A DNA stretch of 64,000 nt from contig CM039001.1 in the NCBI GenBank assembly GCA_017499595.2, forward strand, positions 1,922,001 to 1,986,000, given 5' to 3'. The notes beneath the pieces are model-generated. The model ran no database searches. It saw only the letters and a program-made list of their open reading frames with translations, and was not told the origin of the DNA. This DNA is from Psilocybe cubensis. Its lineage: Eukaryota. Made by a program: the position numbers and the translations under genes. The stretch's first letter is position 1; the number at the start of each line of letters is the position of its first letter. Of this stretch, positions 28,952 through 40,946 are shown piece after piece.

Positions 28952-29247
28952 TGTCAAGTGCAGGACATGAGGAGCTTTTCTGAGAACAGAAGATGTGAGG
29001 GCACTTCGAGAAGGGACAACTTCAATGCTTCAACAGCAATGTGACCAAAGACTGTCCCGTGATCACATCTGTCGCGTCTGTAAAGTACCTACATTCTCTG
29101 TTGAATGGCTGACGATATAATTCTTGTCTACTCCACAACTACATAATAACGACTTGACTCGTTCAATGCCTCGGACGTGAATTTTCCTCTGTATTCTTCC
29201 GTTTACAACCTCCAACTTCAATTGTTTGTTATCCAATAATCATCAAC

Positions 29248-31663
29248 ATGGATATCGACCAACTATTCAAGGTATGACACCTATCTCTTTATAAACTTGT
29301 ATTTATGCCTTATACCTTCTAATGCCCAGGTTCCTAAAATTCCTACAGGAGGAATTAAACGAAAACTTCCCGATAATCCTACTCCAGAAATGCTTAAAAA
29401 AATGAAAATGGGGGCTCCTTCATCTACCCCCATAACTTCGCCTCTCTCTACTAGCGGTCATGACGACAGGTCATCTTCCAGGAAAGCTACTGTGGAAGAT
29501 GAAGAAGATGATGAAAATGGATTTGCCCCTGGGGGAGATGCTGATTATTTCGCTGAAGAGGATGATGAAGGCCGCTTTTTTGGAGGTGGTTTGACATCAG
29601 AGCAGAAGGAGATTCTCAACATATTCGACAAGGCAGAGGACAATGAGATAGGGGAAGATGTAAGTACACCTTGACCTAGTCGTCATTTTGCACCATCTGA
29701 AACTAATCTACCAAAGATACAAGATATTTCCATTACTCAAATTCGGAAATTGTTGCTTGCCTTTGAACGTGCTGTCAACAAAAACCAAGACCAGCGTTCA
29801 AAATATCCGGATGACCCTTCTAAGTCTGTGACCACGGTCCTTAACTGTGCTACTTACCTGATGTTTTATATATTCTCAGATTTATTGATTCGGAGGCGGA
29901 CCTTGATAGTGCCATTAAGGCTTTACTACCACTTTCTCAGTCCCCAATTTTGGCTTATCCGGAACTCGTGCGATCCGGAACTCTTGCACTTATAACAGGT
30001 CTGCTTACCCATGAGAATGTGGATATAGTGATTGATGTCGTTGACCTAATATACGAACTCACTGACGAGGATGCGGAAGTCGACTACGAAGACGATGAAT
30101 ATGAAGCATCACAAGAGGCTTTGAAGATCTTAATTGAAGGATTGGTAAGGCCGCTGTTAGCTACTTCATGGATAATTGCTAAATAGTTAACAGGTTCAAA
30201 ATTCAACATTGGAATTACTTGTTGATAATTTATCACGGCTAAATGAAACCGAAGAAGCTGATAGGCAGGGTGTTTTCCATGTCCTCGGTACAGTATTGCT
30301 TTCTATATATTCCTCGAAACTCCTAACAATTAACCATAGGGATATTTGAGAACATGATTGGTTTTAACCCCTCTCTGTCATCTAACTTGGTGTCCAAAAC
30401 CAAAGTACTCCCTTGGCTCCTTGACCGTATCCAAGCGAAGAAACATGATGAAAATCGTGGCTACGCTGCAGAACTTATTTCGATATTGCTGCAAGACAGG
30501 TCTGACAATCAAACCCGGCTGGGAGATTATAACGGCGTTGAAATTATTCTTAAAGTCCTCTCGGTACGATTACAGTTTTTAAGAGAATCCTTTAATTTGA
30601 CTATGATCATAAGCAATTTCGGCGGCGAGATCCTGTGGATGCAGAAGAAACTGAATTTATGGAAAATCTTTTCGACGCTCTGTGCTCCTCCCTTGCTGAA
30701 GATGTTATCAAGAAAATGTTTCTTGAAGCCGAAGGCCCCGATTTGATGCTTCTAATGATGAAGTATGACTTCTTTTAGCTGCTTTTATGTAAGCTTCTCA
30801 CCACTAACAACAGAGAGAAAAAAGAATCGAAATCAAGATCCATTAAAGTGCTGGACTATGCTCTATCGGGCACGTCGGGGACACCACTATGTGAGACCTT
30901 TGTGGAAATTCTCGGCCTAAAAACGTTATTTACAGCATTCATGGGCAAGGTTTGGCCGTCTACTTACTTATCTGGCTCTATCCAATATTCTGATCTCTCG
31001 ACAGACCGTCAAACGTCAGAAAGCAGCTGGAGATGTTACTGCATCGGAGGATACCGGACACATCCTTGGGATTATATCGTCTTTATTGACAAATCTTCCT
31101 TCCGATTCTGCTAGCCGTATTCGAGTCATGGCTAAGTTCGTAGAAGGCAATTATGAAAAAGTTGAGAAATTGCTTGAACTCCGGGAAGGCGCAAGAAAAC
31201 GCCTGCTGGTTACTGATGCAGAACTTGAAAAAGAAAAACAAGTGCGTCAACTGCTATACACTAAGGACATCTCTTACGAGCATTACAGGGTGTATTGGAA
31301 GACACAGTGGGAAATAGCATATCACCTGACCTTGAAGATGATTTTTATGTTCGACGTCTTGAAGGCGGCCTGTTCTCTCTGCAAACGATTGATTATATAC
31401 TGGCGTGGCTGATTGTGGAAGATGATGGAGTATGTGCTTCTTTTTAGAGATTTCAGCGCATCGTTTTCACCGTTTTATGATAGATTCGAACACATGCTCT
31501 GCGAATGCTGGATCGTAACAATCAATCTCTGAAAAATATTTTACAGACACTAGAAATATATGAAGACCACATGGATGATGATGAAGTCAATCAGACAGAG
31601 GGCTCGGTATCAAGAAAGGAGATTTTACAAGGGCTAATATCTGCTCTACATAGCGATCAGTAG
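29248..31663 (+). CDS. ctnnbl1: Beta-catenin-like protein 1 (Prp19/NTC-associated)
   Basis: EEDDEGRFFGGGL, NQDQRSKYPDDPSKFIDSEADLD, LLTHENVDI, ENRGYAAELISILLQ, EETEFMENLFDALC, KFVEGNYEKVEKLLEL, RRLEGGLFSLQ; ~10 introns. Confidence 0.92.
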
Positions 31664-31689
31664 AAACTAGCGATACGATCCGCGCACTT

Positions 31690-33467
31690 TTATCTAGCGG
31701 CTGGTGTAATGGCAGATGACAGAATCATTGTTAAAGCACCTTTTGCTCGCACAATTTCTTCCTGAAAGCGAAGTTCCGCTGCAACCTTTTTACGTAACCG
31801 TAGAAAGAGGGCATCGATAAGAGGTGCCTGACCAATGACAGATGTATACATGTCTAAACAATATTCAATATGATACTGATTTTTAGAGAATATGTACACA
31901 CCAATCACTAGGCCAGTGACATCAGCTGCTAATTCTCCAAATCGAGGGTCAGAAATATATTTCGAAAGTAAACGAAGAATAGGTTCAAGCAAAACATCGT
32001 CGCGTCCAGCAAGAGCTATTCGGAGTCCATCACGGTGGATTAGCTCTTGGATCAGTGAAAATGTCACAGTGGGTGGCACGTTCTGTATATATGGATTAAT
32101 GTTATTCTTTGCGGAAGAATTATCAAAGAAAATAGAAACCTTTTTAAGCACTGAATCTAGGGCAGCAGAATATTTGAAGCTCTTGAGCAACTTGTCGTAC
32201 TCTTTCAATTTTCTTGTGCTTTGACTTTGAACTCGCAGTTCCGAAGAATCCATAAGCGGTTTAATGGGCAATTTTTGGTGTTGCAAACCGTGTCCGATAT
32301 TGATATCATGGAGAAGAGCTGGAGCATCAAGGCGGGTCTGGTCACTTTGGACGATTTCACTTGCTTTGGGGTCTCGCCTTCGAATGGATAGAGTGCCGTC
32401 CGACATTCCTCCCAGTATATGAGTGTCATCCGGCTAATTAAGATGACCAGCATCAGCTTCGCAAAGGTGGGCATTAGTATCTGTAACTCTTACCGAGATA
32501 GCCAAACAAAGTACGGGCGACGGATATCGCATTGTGTGAACAACCTTATATGTGGAGACATCGTAAACTTTGACCATTTGATCCAAGCTTCCAGTAAGAA
32601 GGCGATCACTATTGGCATTAAAAGTAAGAGCAGTAACAGTTTTCTGATGATTTGACAACGCTCGTGTACATCGACCTCCCGCAACAATGTCCCAGACTCG
32701 AAGAATTGGACCAGATGTCGATAACGCAACGGTGCCTGAGGGAAACATCAAAACCTGTTCAACAGGAGCTATATCTGAGTGTTCTTGTCGATCACCGGTA
32801 GCCATAACCATTTCGGATAGGCCTGAGCGTGCGTCGAATAATCTGACTGTCCCATCATAGGAACCGGTAAGAATGATATTGTGGTTTGCAGTCGAAATTT
32901 GTCCAGCACGAACATAATCTGTATGCTCCGTGAACGTCGTGACTGCAGTTTGCGAGGGTACATCCCATAACTTGACAGTTGTATCGTCAGAACAAGACAG
33001 AACATGAGTTGGTGACAGTGAAGAAAATTTGGTAACGTGAACGGGTTGCTTATGAGAATCCAGTGTGCGAAGAATGGCTCGAGAATTAATATCAAAAATC
33101 TAAACAAAAACTTGGTTAGGCCCCATTGAGGATACTCTTCATTGTTAGGTACCTGTATCAACCCGCTATCGTCACCAGCTACTACGAGTTTGCCGTCTCC
33201 TCGAATACATCCGCTTCGAGCGACGTCCTTGAATCGTGATATTGTTTTCGTGAGCTTTTGGGTGCGGGGTGCATATATTTGCACTCGGGTGGCGGCAGTC
33301 ACAGCGTACCTGTGCGGTTTTGAGGGAGAAAAGTGGACAGATGTGATTGGGGCATATTCTTTTACGAAGACGGGATGCTTAAATTGCCTCCAATATCTGG
33401 ACTCGGCTGTGTGTTTGGAAGTAGAAGGGCGATTATGAGTTTTTACGACGAGGGATTGGTAGTCCAT
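31690..33467 (-). CDS. utp15: U3 snoRNA-associated protein 15 (WD40 + UTP15_C)
   Basis: TAESRYWRQFK, KTISRFKDVARSG.IRGDGKLVVAGD, NHQKTVTAL, LLKSFKYSAALD, LRIALAGRDDVLLEPIL. Confidence 0.93.
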
Positions 33468-33630
33468 AACTCAAATATTTTCTTCCAACAAATCCCCGTT
33501 AAGTCAGAAAAGACGTGACTGCAAATTACTGTAGTTTACGTAATTTACTGGAAGATAAGATCTGATCGATGTTTATATGGTCCTCTCCACCACTTTTCTT
33601 CGAACGAAAAATTTTCTTCCATCTACCATC

Positions 33631-34469
33631 ATGTTGTTGTACACCGACGTTATCACCTCCGACGAACTTTTCTCTGATGCCTTCCCTTTGTTCGTCCTTA
33701 TCACTATACACATTCACGCATCTAACTTATCACCTTTCTCCAGACAGGAAGTCGATGGCATCGTCTATGAGGTAGACTGCGCGATGGTCACTCTTGGGAG
33801 CACTAATGTTGATATTGGTATGAATTTGCCGCACTGAGTTTAGATCGTCTCTAACAAATAGCTATAGGTGCCAACCCCTCTGCTGAGGAAGCCGAAGAAG
33901 CGCTTGAGGAGGGAGCTGTTCAAGTCAACAACGTTGTCCACTCCTTCAGACTCCAGCCGACAAGCTTCGACAAGAAATCCTATCTTGTCTATCTTAAGGT
34001 ATCTATAACTACACCAGAGATTGTAAACCACCGGGCTCTGTTGATTTAGGTCATTAGGGATACATGAAGGCAATCAAAGAACATCTGGCTGAACATGAAC
34101 CAGCTCAAGTCGAGGAGTTCGAGAAAGGCGCTCAAGCTTATGCTAAGAAGATCATAGCTAACTTCAAAAATTACGAATTTGTTAGCAGCACATTTCTTTC
34201 CCAAGTTTCGTCGTTCTCATAGCGTTATTAGTATACCAGTGAAACTATGAATCCCGATGGCATGGTGGCCTTGCTGAACTACCGCGTATGTTCAGTTTTA
34301 TCTCTCTTTAAGCCTGTCCACTGACGTGGTATAATGCCTATTTCAGGAGGATGGTGTCACGCGTATGTGCTCTTCTAAAAAAATCATTAACCATACCCTA
34401 AATTTGCTTTGCTTTTTTCCAGCATATTTCACTTTCTGGAAGCACGGCACCAAGACAATCAAATTGTAA
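33631..34469 (+). CDS. tma19: Translationally controlled tumour protein (TCTP/Tma19); 7 short exons, largely missed by the ORF track
   Basis: MLLYTDVITSDELFSDAF...DIGANPSAEE...VNNVVHSFRLQPTSFDKKSYL.YLKGYMKAIK...[27 protein letters not shown]; 16-nt microexon at 34347-34362. Confidence 0.95.
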
Positions 34470-35263
34470 ATCTTCACTTTTATTTGGTGTAGCACCTGCC
34501 TCTAGGACAACAATCATTCCTGTTTTATTTAATTTAACCTCGGGGACTCTAAATTTGAACTAAAGAGAGCGAAGTTCGAGAAATACGGCAATGTCCAATC
34601 GTATAGTAACACATCCCAACTACCATGTCTTCACTCAAACATATATGTGGTTACTTCCACGATAACAAGCCCAAAAAAGCCATGTATCTGTTACCCTGAA
34701 AGAACATCAAAAATTCCATTTCTGCGGCAGAATCAGAATCTGGCGAATCACCTGCCTCCTCACACAAATAAATAATCAGTGAATCCCATTATTTTTTAAT
34801 GATGCCTGCCGACTGTTTCCAACGATTGATAGTGTTTATATTGTTAATATCTGAATTTCCACAAATCCCTGATATGATCCTTGTTTGGTGCTACCATTGA
34901 CCAAAGACACTCGGTATTTTCAAGGGTTATCAAATAGTTATTAGTTGTATCTTCATATAATACCAAGTTTATTGTACTGCTATTGATTTGTAGTGCACAT
35001 ATATTGCCCACTGACAATGATCGATTGATTCCAGACTACTTTATTAATAAGTATGGGTGAGCAAAAGTCGATCATTGCCAACGCGCGCTACAGAGCGATA
35101 GTAATACAATAGACAACTTATCAATAAAATGGTCTTCGATCGAGCTTCACTGTAGCGTAAAGGTTTAAAACGTTATGTCATGTTATCTCATTCAAGTATT
35201 AATCGTATGTTATTCGCAGTAATGTATGCATCCAACTTCTGAGACTAGGCTCATCTTGAACAA

Positions 35264-35279
35264 GTCGCGCGACGCGAAA
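35264..35279 (+). promoter_or_regulatory. MCB/SCB-like element (GTCGCGCGAC palindrome overlapping ACGCGAAA) upstream of GCP3
   Basis: Lies ~190 bp upstream of the ATG at 35468; a second ACGCG occurs at 35081. Confidence 0.45.
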
Positions 35280-35467
35280 CACGTTCCGAATCACCTGATC
35301 GGCACACTTGCCACTTATGACTTTGGAGACAGGAAACCTATTGTAGTAGCACTGGTAGAAACAGTATTCCTTCTGGAGTACATTCTTGAACCTCGTTCTC
35401 TGCCTTGAGCTTGATCAAAGCTTTTTGCAAAGACACTAAGGTTAACTAGACTCGATCCCAACTTTTC

Positions 35468-38400
35468 ATGTCGTCTAATTCCATTTTGCTTGATCCATTG
35501 GTGCATGCATATGTGCCTACGGCTCGAACCAACGACCGGCTCAAGAATGATATGATTGCTCATTGTCAAGACATACTGAGAAGGTATTGATTTAATTCTT
35601 ATATGATTTAATATCCTACGATCATATGGCAGTCATATAGGTCATAAAAGCGACACCAGTTTTAATCAATTGACAGATTTGGTGAAAAGAAGACGTACGT
35701 AGTCATCATGGAGGCAGACAAAGGGTTTTAAGCTCCCCGCTAACCTAGCGGCAATAGTTCTTCAGCTGTCAGACGACGGTTCGAGCGCATCACGGTTTAC
35801 GAATCTGGCATTGCGTTTGTTAGACCAAGTGCGTTTGCATTGAATGTCACAATGTTATTGGTTGACAAGATTCATGAAGCCAGTGATTTCGAGGAAACAG
35901 GAAGTAATCCTGTTTCTATATACGTTGTCATCTATGAACCATCGTCAATCTTATACGATTCATGGCCAAACAACCTTGTTGAATCATATACCTTCAGTAA
36001 AGTGCCAACCACAACCAGGACCAACTATGCCTGCTCTACATCGTGAAGAAACGATGTATTCCACTGCCTCGCGTCTTCGCGAATTCCGCATACAGAGAGG
36101 TGATTCCATACATGCCTTTACAAGTGTTCATCTCAATAATTTTTTTTTTGACAGGGATATCATTCTTAAGCGAGCATTTGCTGGTTAGAGATACGTTATT
36201 TTTAATGCAAGGAATTTCGGGAAAATATGTGCGCTTTGCCTCATCGAAGGATGACGAAAAGACTCTGGTCTTTTCGTCAGACTCCGTGAGTCTTTTTTTA
36301 TGGGAAAGTTCTTACTCTCCTGAACCCAATTACAGAACATAGCACCACCAACACAAGCACTCATACATCGACTTGCTGAACTTGGCTATCTATACAGCCG
36401 GGTTGAAAGATTCATACAGGAGCGGGAACGAACTTCCGGCGTTGGCATGATTGAGCAAAGCCTTTGTCACTATATGCAAGCCCAACTCACTGAATATTAC
36501 CGTTTGATAGCGGTGTTGGAAACTCAGCTCTCCTCATTCCACAAAGAGGGTCAGAAAGCCCAGGAAACGGCAGAAAATTTGGAGACTGGCCTTTCACTAC
36601 GAAGGCTTGATGTCTGGGTGAACGAATGGCGACTTAGAATGAGAATGATGAGTGTATGCGTTGAAGGGGCTCGAGGTGAAGTTTTTCTTTCTATAGTGAA
36701 TATTGAACTCAACGCGTTAACACTTTAGGGGCTCATGGAGGCGCCTTGGTTAATCTGATTCATAGCTACACTGAAAATGGGGACCCCTTTGTTAGGAAGT
36801 TTACCGATGAGCTCCTTGAAGAGGTTAGATGTTTGGCTAAGTGTCACTGGAATCTCTGACTTATACCATACTTGCAGGTGTCTCGACCCTTCTTCGCTAC
36901 ATTGCATAAATGGCTATTTTCTGGAGAGTTGTATGACCCGTTTGAAGAATTTTTTGTTAGCGCAGATTCTAGCCTTGGGCACATACCTTATGTTCACCCG
37001 TCTTCATTGTTGGGCGGAATAAGTCAGTTCCCGAATGACAACGTTTTTGGGGGGCTTAATGCAGACAACGACGATCTATCTGGTGTAAGGGAGAGCGGCC
37101 AAAAACTTTGGGAAACGAAATATCGGTTCCGAAAGGACATGCTCCCATCGTTTGTTGGAGAACCTTTTGGAAGAAAAGTTGGCTTCATTTGCATGATATA
37201 CATTCAAACACTCACGCAGTTCTTAGATTTTTTCAACTGGAAAAAGTTTGAATTTTATTCGATACAGCTGCTTGGACAGTGATTGGGTAGTTACACGAGA
37301 AAAAATGAGCAATACTGGCGACAGTGAGCAACAAAATTTGGATATCTTAGAACCGATACTGAGGATCATACAGCTTTGCAGTACGGTGACATCAATGGTC
37401 TCGAGAGATCGATTGATACTGCGTACCAGATGGCTAGCCATCGCTTGTTTGAAGTATTCATCGAAAAATTCAAACTATTAGAACATCTCTCGGCTTTGAA
37501 GAGCTATTTGCTTCTTGGACATGGCGATTTTGCAGATCAATTGATGGAAACTCTCGGGTAGGCCCCGTTGTCATTTTTATGGTTTGCATGATGATCAACT
37601 TGGAGAAGCCCAAGTCTGGCTCGCCCTGCCAATGCGCTTTACAGACACAATTTGACAGCGAATTTGGAAACGGCTATCCGCTCTTCCAATGCCCAACAAG
37701 ATCCAGTGGATGTGCTGCGACGATTAGACGCTCGGATGCTCGAGTATTCTCATGGGGAAATAGGGTGGGATGTTTTTACCCTGGAGTACAAAGTCAGTCC
37801 ACCAATCGACACAGTATTAGACCAAGAGGCGATGGAGAAATACCTTAAACTGTTTAAGCACCTATGGCAAATGAAAAGAATAGAAAAGGCACTTGACAGA
37901 GGCTGGATGAGAATAACAGGAGGTGCAAAATTCTTTGTCCGTTTGCCTGGTTAGTTTCTTATCTTCCTGACCTATTTCATGCTCTCATAAATTCTCTTCC
38001 AGATTTGGCATTCGATTGGCATAAAATTCGAATTGTCATGACTGAGATGATTCATTTTATCAGACAGCTAGAGGCCTATTGTCGTCTTGAAGTCATTGAA
38101 TGTTCGTGGAAGGTTCTCATTGACTTTTTAAACAAGAAACAAGGGGATCTCGACGCCTTGATTGACGCTCATCGGAACTACCTTGATCGGACAACGAAAA
38201 AAATACTTCTATGGCATCCGAAACCTGGCAAGGAGGTAAGGAAAGCCTATATCCATTTACAATTTAACGCCTCACACAGTTGCAGGATATGCTTTTGCGC
38301 CAATTGATAGAAATATTCGCGTTTATTTTACAGTTCCGAGAGGCTACGGTAATAGTTTAGTCCAGCATTCACAAAAATCGTTGTTAATCATTGGACAGGA

Positions 38401-38739
38401 CAATTTTTACAACTATTGCTTATCAGAATCCGCTCGCAGAGATCAACGATTGGATGAAGAGCGCGTGAGTTTTACAAGTCGTTCATTGCTCTTGTTATTA
38501 AGTCTTGACAGGGCGTTTACACGGGGAACAATGAAGATCGAGTTTCGGACCCATCGGGAATAATAAACCGTATAAAAGATTACGGTTCTGGATTCTCTGA
38601 AAGAGTTCAAACTTTAGTCCAGCAGCTCCAAATACACCCCGACCTAGATTGCCGTTTCCTCGCCATCCGTCTCTCCTTTTCCGACTATTACCGATTAAAG
38701 AAAGACCAACAATCTGCACAATTGAAGGCCAATACATAA
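35468..38739 (+). CDS. spc98: Gamma-tubulin complex component 3 (Spc98/Alp6)
   Basis: LLVRDTLFLMQGISGKY, LAELGYLY, GMIEQSLCHYMQAQLTEYYRLIAVLE, GELYDPFEEFFV, KIFSTGKSLNFIRYSC, YLLLGHGDFADQLM, GWDVFTLEYKV, CRFLAIRLSFSDYY. Confidence 0.93.
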
Positions 38740-38929
38740 TGCGCCCATGTGTCTCCACATTCTCATCCCTGCCTTGCCTGTCATCTAAAGATATACATAT
38801 ATATATTACAATAACAAGGGATGCGCTCTCGGTGAACCCTGCGATTCATTCTTGCGACACACTTGCACTTATTGAGATCGATTGAAACTTTGTCTTTCAT
38901 AATTATTTCGAATATACATGTAAATAGGA

Positions 38930-40708
38930 CTAGAGCTCGTCATGAGAGGCAGTTTCGCCACCCGTAACATTTCCGGCTTCCAAAGGAACTTGAGCGGATT
39001 CCTCAGCTACGGGAAGGTCAAGGGAATTCTTAGCGTGCTCTTCAACGAATGAAACCAAACTCTCAAAAGAGCGGTCACCCTCATAATCGATGAAGTCACG
39101 AGAACCGGCGGGTTTGAACTTGAGAGTGGGGAATCCAGAGATGCGGAAAGGGATAGAGGGCGGTAGATCATTTTCTTGAGCTTCCATCTTGGCACTAATA
39201 AAAACATCAGAACCTCAACTGCGAGTGTTGAAAGTATGATAAGAACGTACATGACAAGACGGTCCTTGATGGCAGCGTATTTCTCGCCCAGGTTGTCCCA
39301 GATGGGCTTGAGGCGTTTGCAGTGACCACACCTACGATAGCAACGTCAGCAACAGAGAGAAATATGGTATATGATCATGACAGACCATGAAGCATAAAAT
39401 TCGACAAAGACGTCCTTGCTGTCGTCGAAAACAGTCTCCTCAAAGTTCTTCCCGACCAGTGTGAAAACAGGTTCGTCCTGGGTCTCAGGAATAGGCTGGC
39501 TCTTAAGTTGAGGTTGGAGCTTTCCATCGAGATATTGCTCAACCCAGTCAGCAGCACCGTCGGCGGAGACATCTTTCGACTGGTCGAAGGGGTACTTGAG
39601 CTGCTTGACCAAGTCTTGGATAACGAATGCGGGCCACTTGGCTTCAGCGAGGTTGAGAGCTTTAGCATGGTCACCGAACTTGACAGCATCGATCCAAACA
39701 AAGTTCATCTTGGACTTGTATTTGGCAGCGACAGGCTTGAGTGCGGCGATATGGTCCTCCTTGTCGTCGAGACTGGGGTCAATAAACAGATAGGCCAGGG
39801 GCTTGGGGCTGCCAGCGTAAATGGCATAGTTTTCGCCATTGACTTCGTCAAGAATAGGGATAGCGAGCTCCTTCACCCACTCCTCGAGATCTTTTTTGGT
39901 AAGGGAAGAAATAGGGTAAGGGTATTCCGATTTTGGCTCGTCGAAGGAGCGGTATACAACAACAGTGGGGGGAGTGACACCGGCAGCCTCAATGGCAGCC
40001 TTATCGGTCGTCAAACCGAAGAGGTAGTCATCACGATGAGAGTTAGCAGTTGCGCTGAATTCAGCAGCAGGGGCGTCAGTGGAAGTGGCGAGGTAAGCGA
40101 TGGCAACAATTTTGTCAGATTTTGTGAACTCTTCGTGATTCTCGGCGGTGACTTCAGAAACAGCAGGGAGAGATTGTCTAAATCACCGGTAAGCTGAAGG
40201 AGTCGATGAAGGTATACATTGAGCTTACTTGATCATGTAGCTGATGATACCATCTGTTTTGCGCGGGCCGGTGTAATCAGTGGCCTCGCCTTTTCGGTAG
40301 ACTTTGAGGGTACTGCAACGAAGAGATGAGAGGTCCTTCCTCCAACACTATGAAAGGAAGAACACTTACGGGTATCCTTGGATTCCTTTTGACTGACAGA
40401 GGTCGGCTTCGTCGACACAGTCAACCTTGGCAAGCTTGATGTTCTTCTCTTTGAGAGCGGTAGCAGCCTCCTCGTAATGAGGAGCCAAAGCTTTGCAATG
40501 GCCACACCTAGAAACAATTACGGTCTGACTGAGAACAAAGGGATAAGTAAACATACCATGGCGCAAAGAACTCGACTAGGAGAAGAGGCTCAGCCTCGAC
40601 TGTGGACTCAAAGTTGGCAGCGGTAAGGCTGATAACATCAGAGGCGGCCTCGTTGGCAAGAACGAATGCAGCAAAGGCCAGAAGAGAGGCTGGCGTTGAG
40701 TAACGCAT
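38930..40708 (-). CDS. pdi1: Protein disulfide isomerase
   Basis: Signal peptide, two W|CGHCK thioredoxin active sites, b/b' domains and C-terminal HDEL. Confidence 0.96.
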
Positions 40709-40756
40709 TTTGCAGAAAGGAGGGACAATATAATTTAGCAGAGAAAAGCGCTGGCC

Positions 40757-40784
40757 TTATAACGTGTCGAGGAACTGACGTGTC
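40757..40784 (-). promoter_or_regulatory. Two GACACGT (Hac1/UPRE-like) sites plus a TATA-like TTATAA upstream of PDI
   Basis: ACGTGTC on the + strand at 40762-40768 and 40778-40784, 54-76 bp upstream of the PDI ATG. Confidence 0.5.
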
Positions 40785-40946
40785 ACTTTCGTAACGAGCA
40801 AACCACCTGACATCCGCCACTGGTTAAAACGCTTTATGTAAACCGACAAGCAACCGTTTCGGAGTATCACCGCAATCAATTATTGATATCTGTCTAATAG
40901 TGGTTCCATCCCGTATAGTAATATAATACGTGGCGACTCTCGACTG

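Noticed and set aside
35226-35569. Small ORFs upstream of GCP3
   Set aside because: No homology cues; the true GCP3 first exon starts at 35468.
39508-40197. 229-aa + strand ORF
   Set aside because: Antisense to PDI; explained by the strong codon bias of a highly expressed gene.
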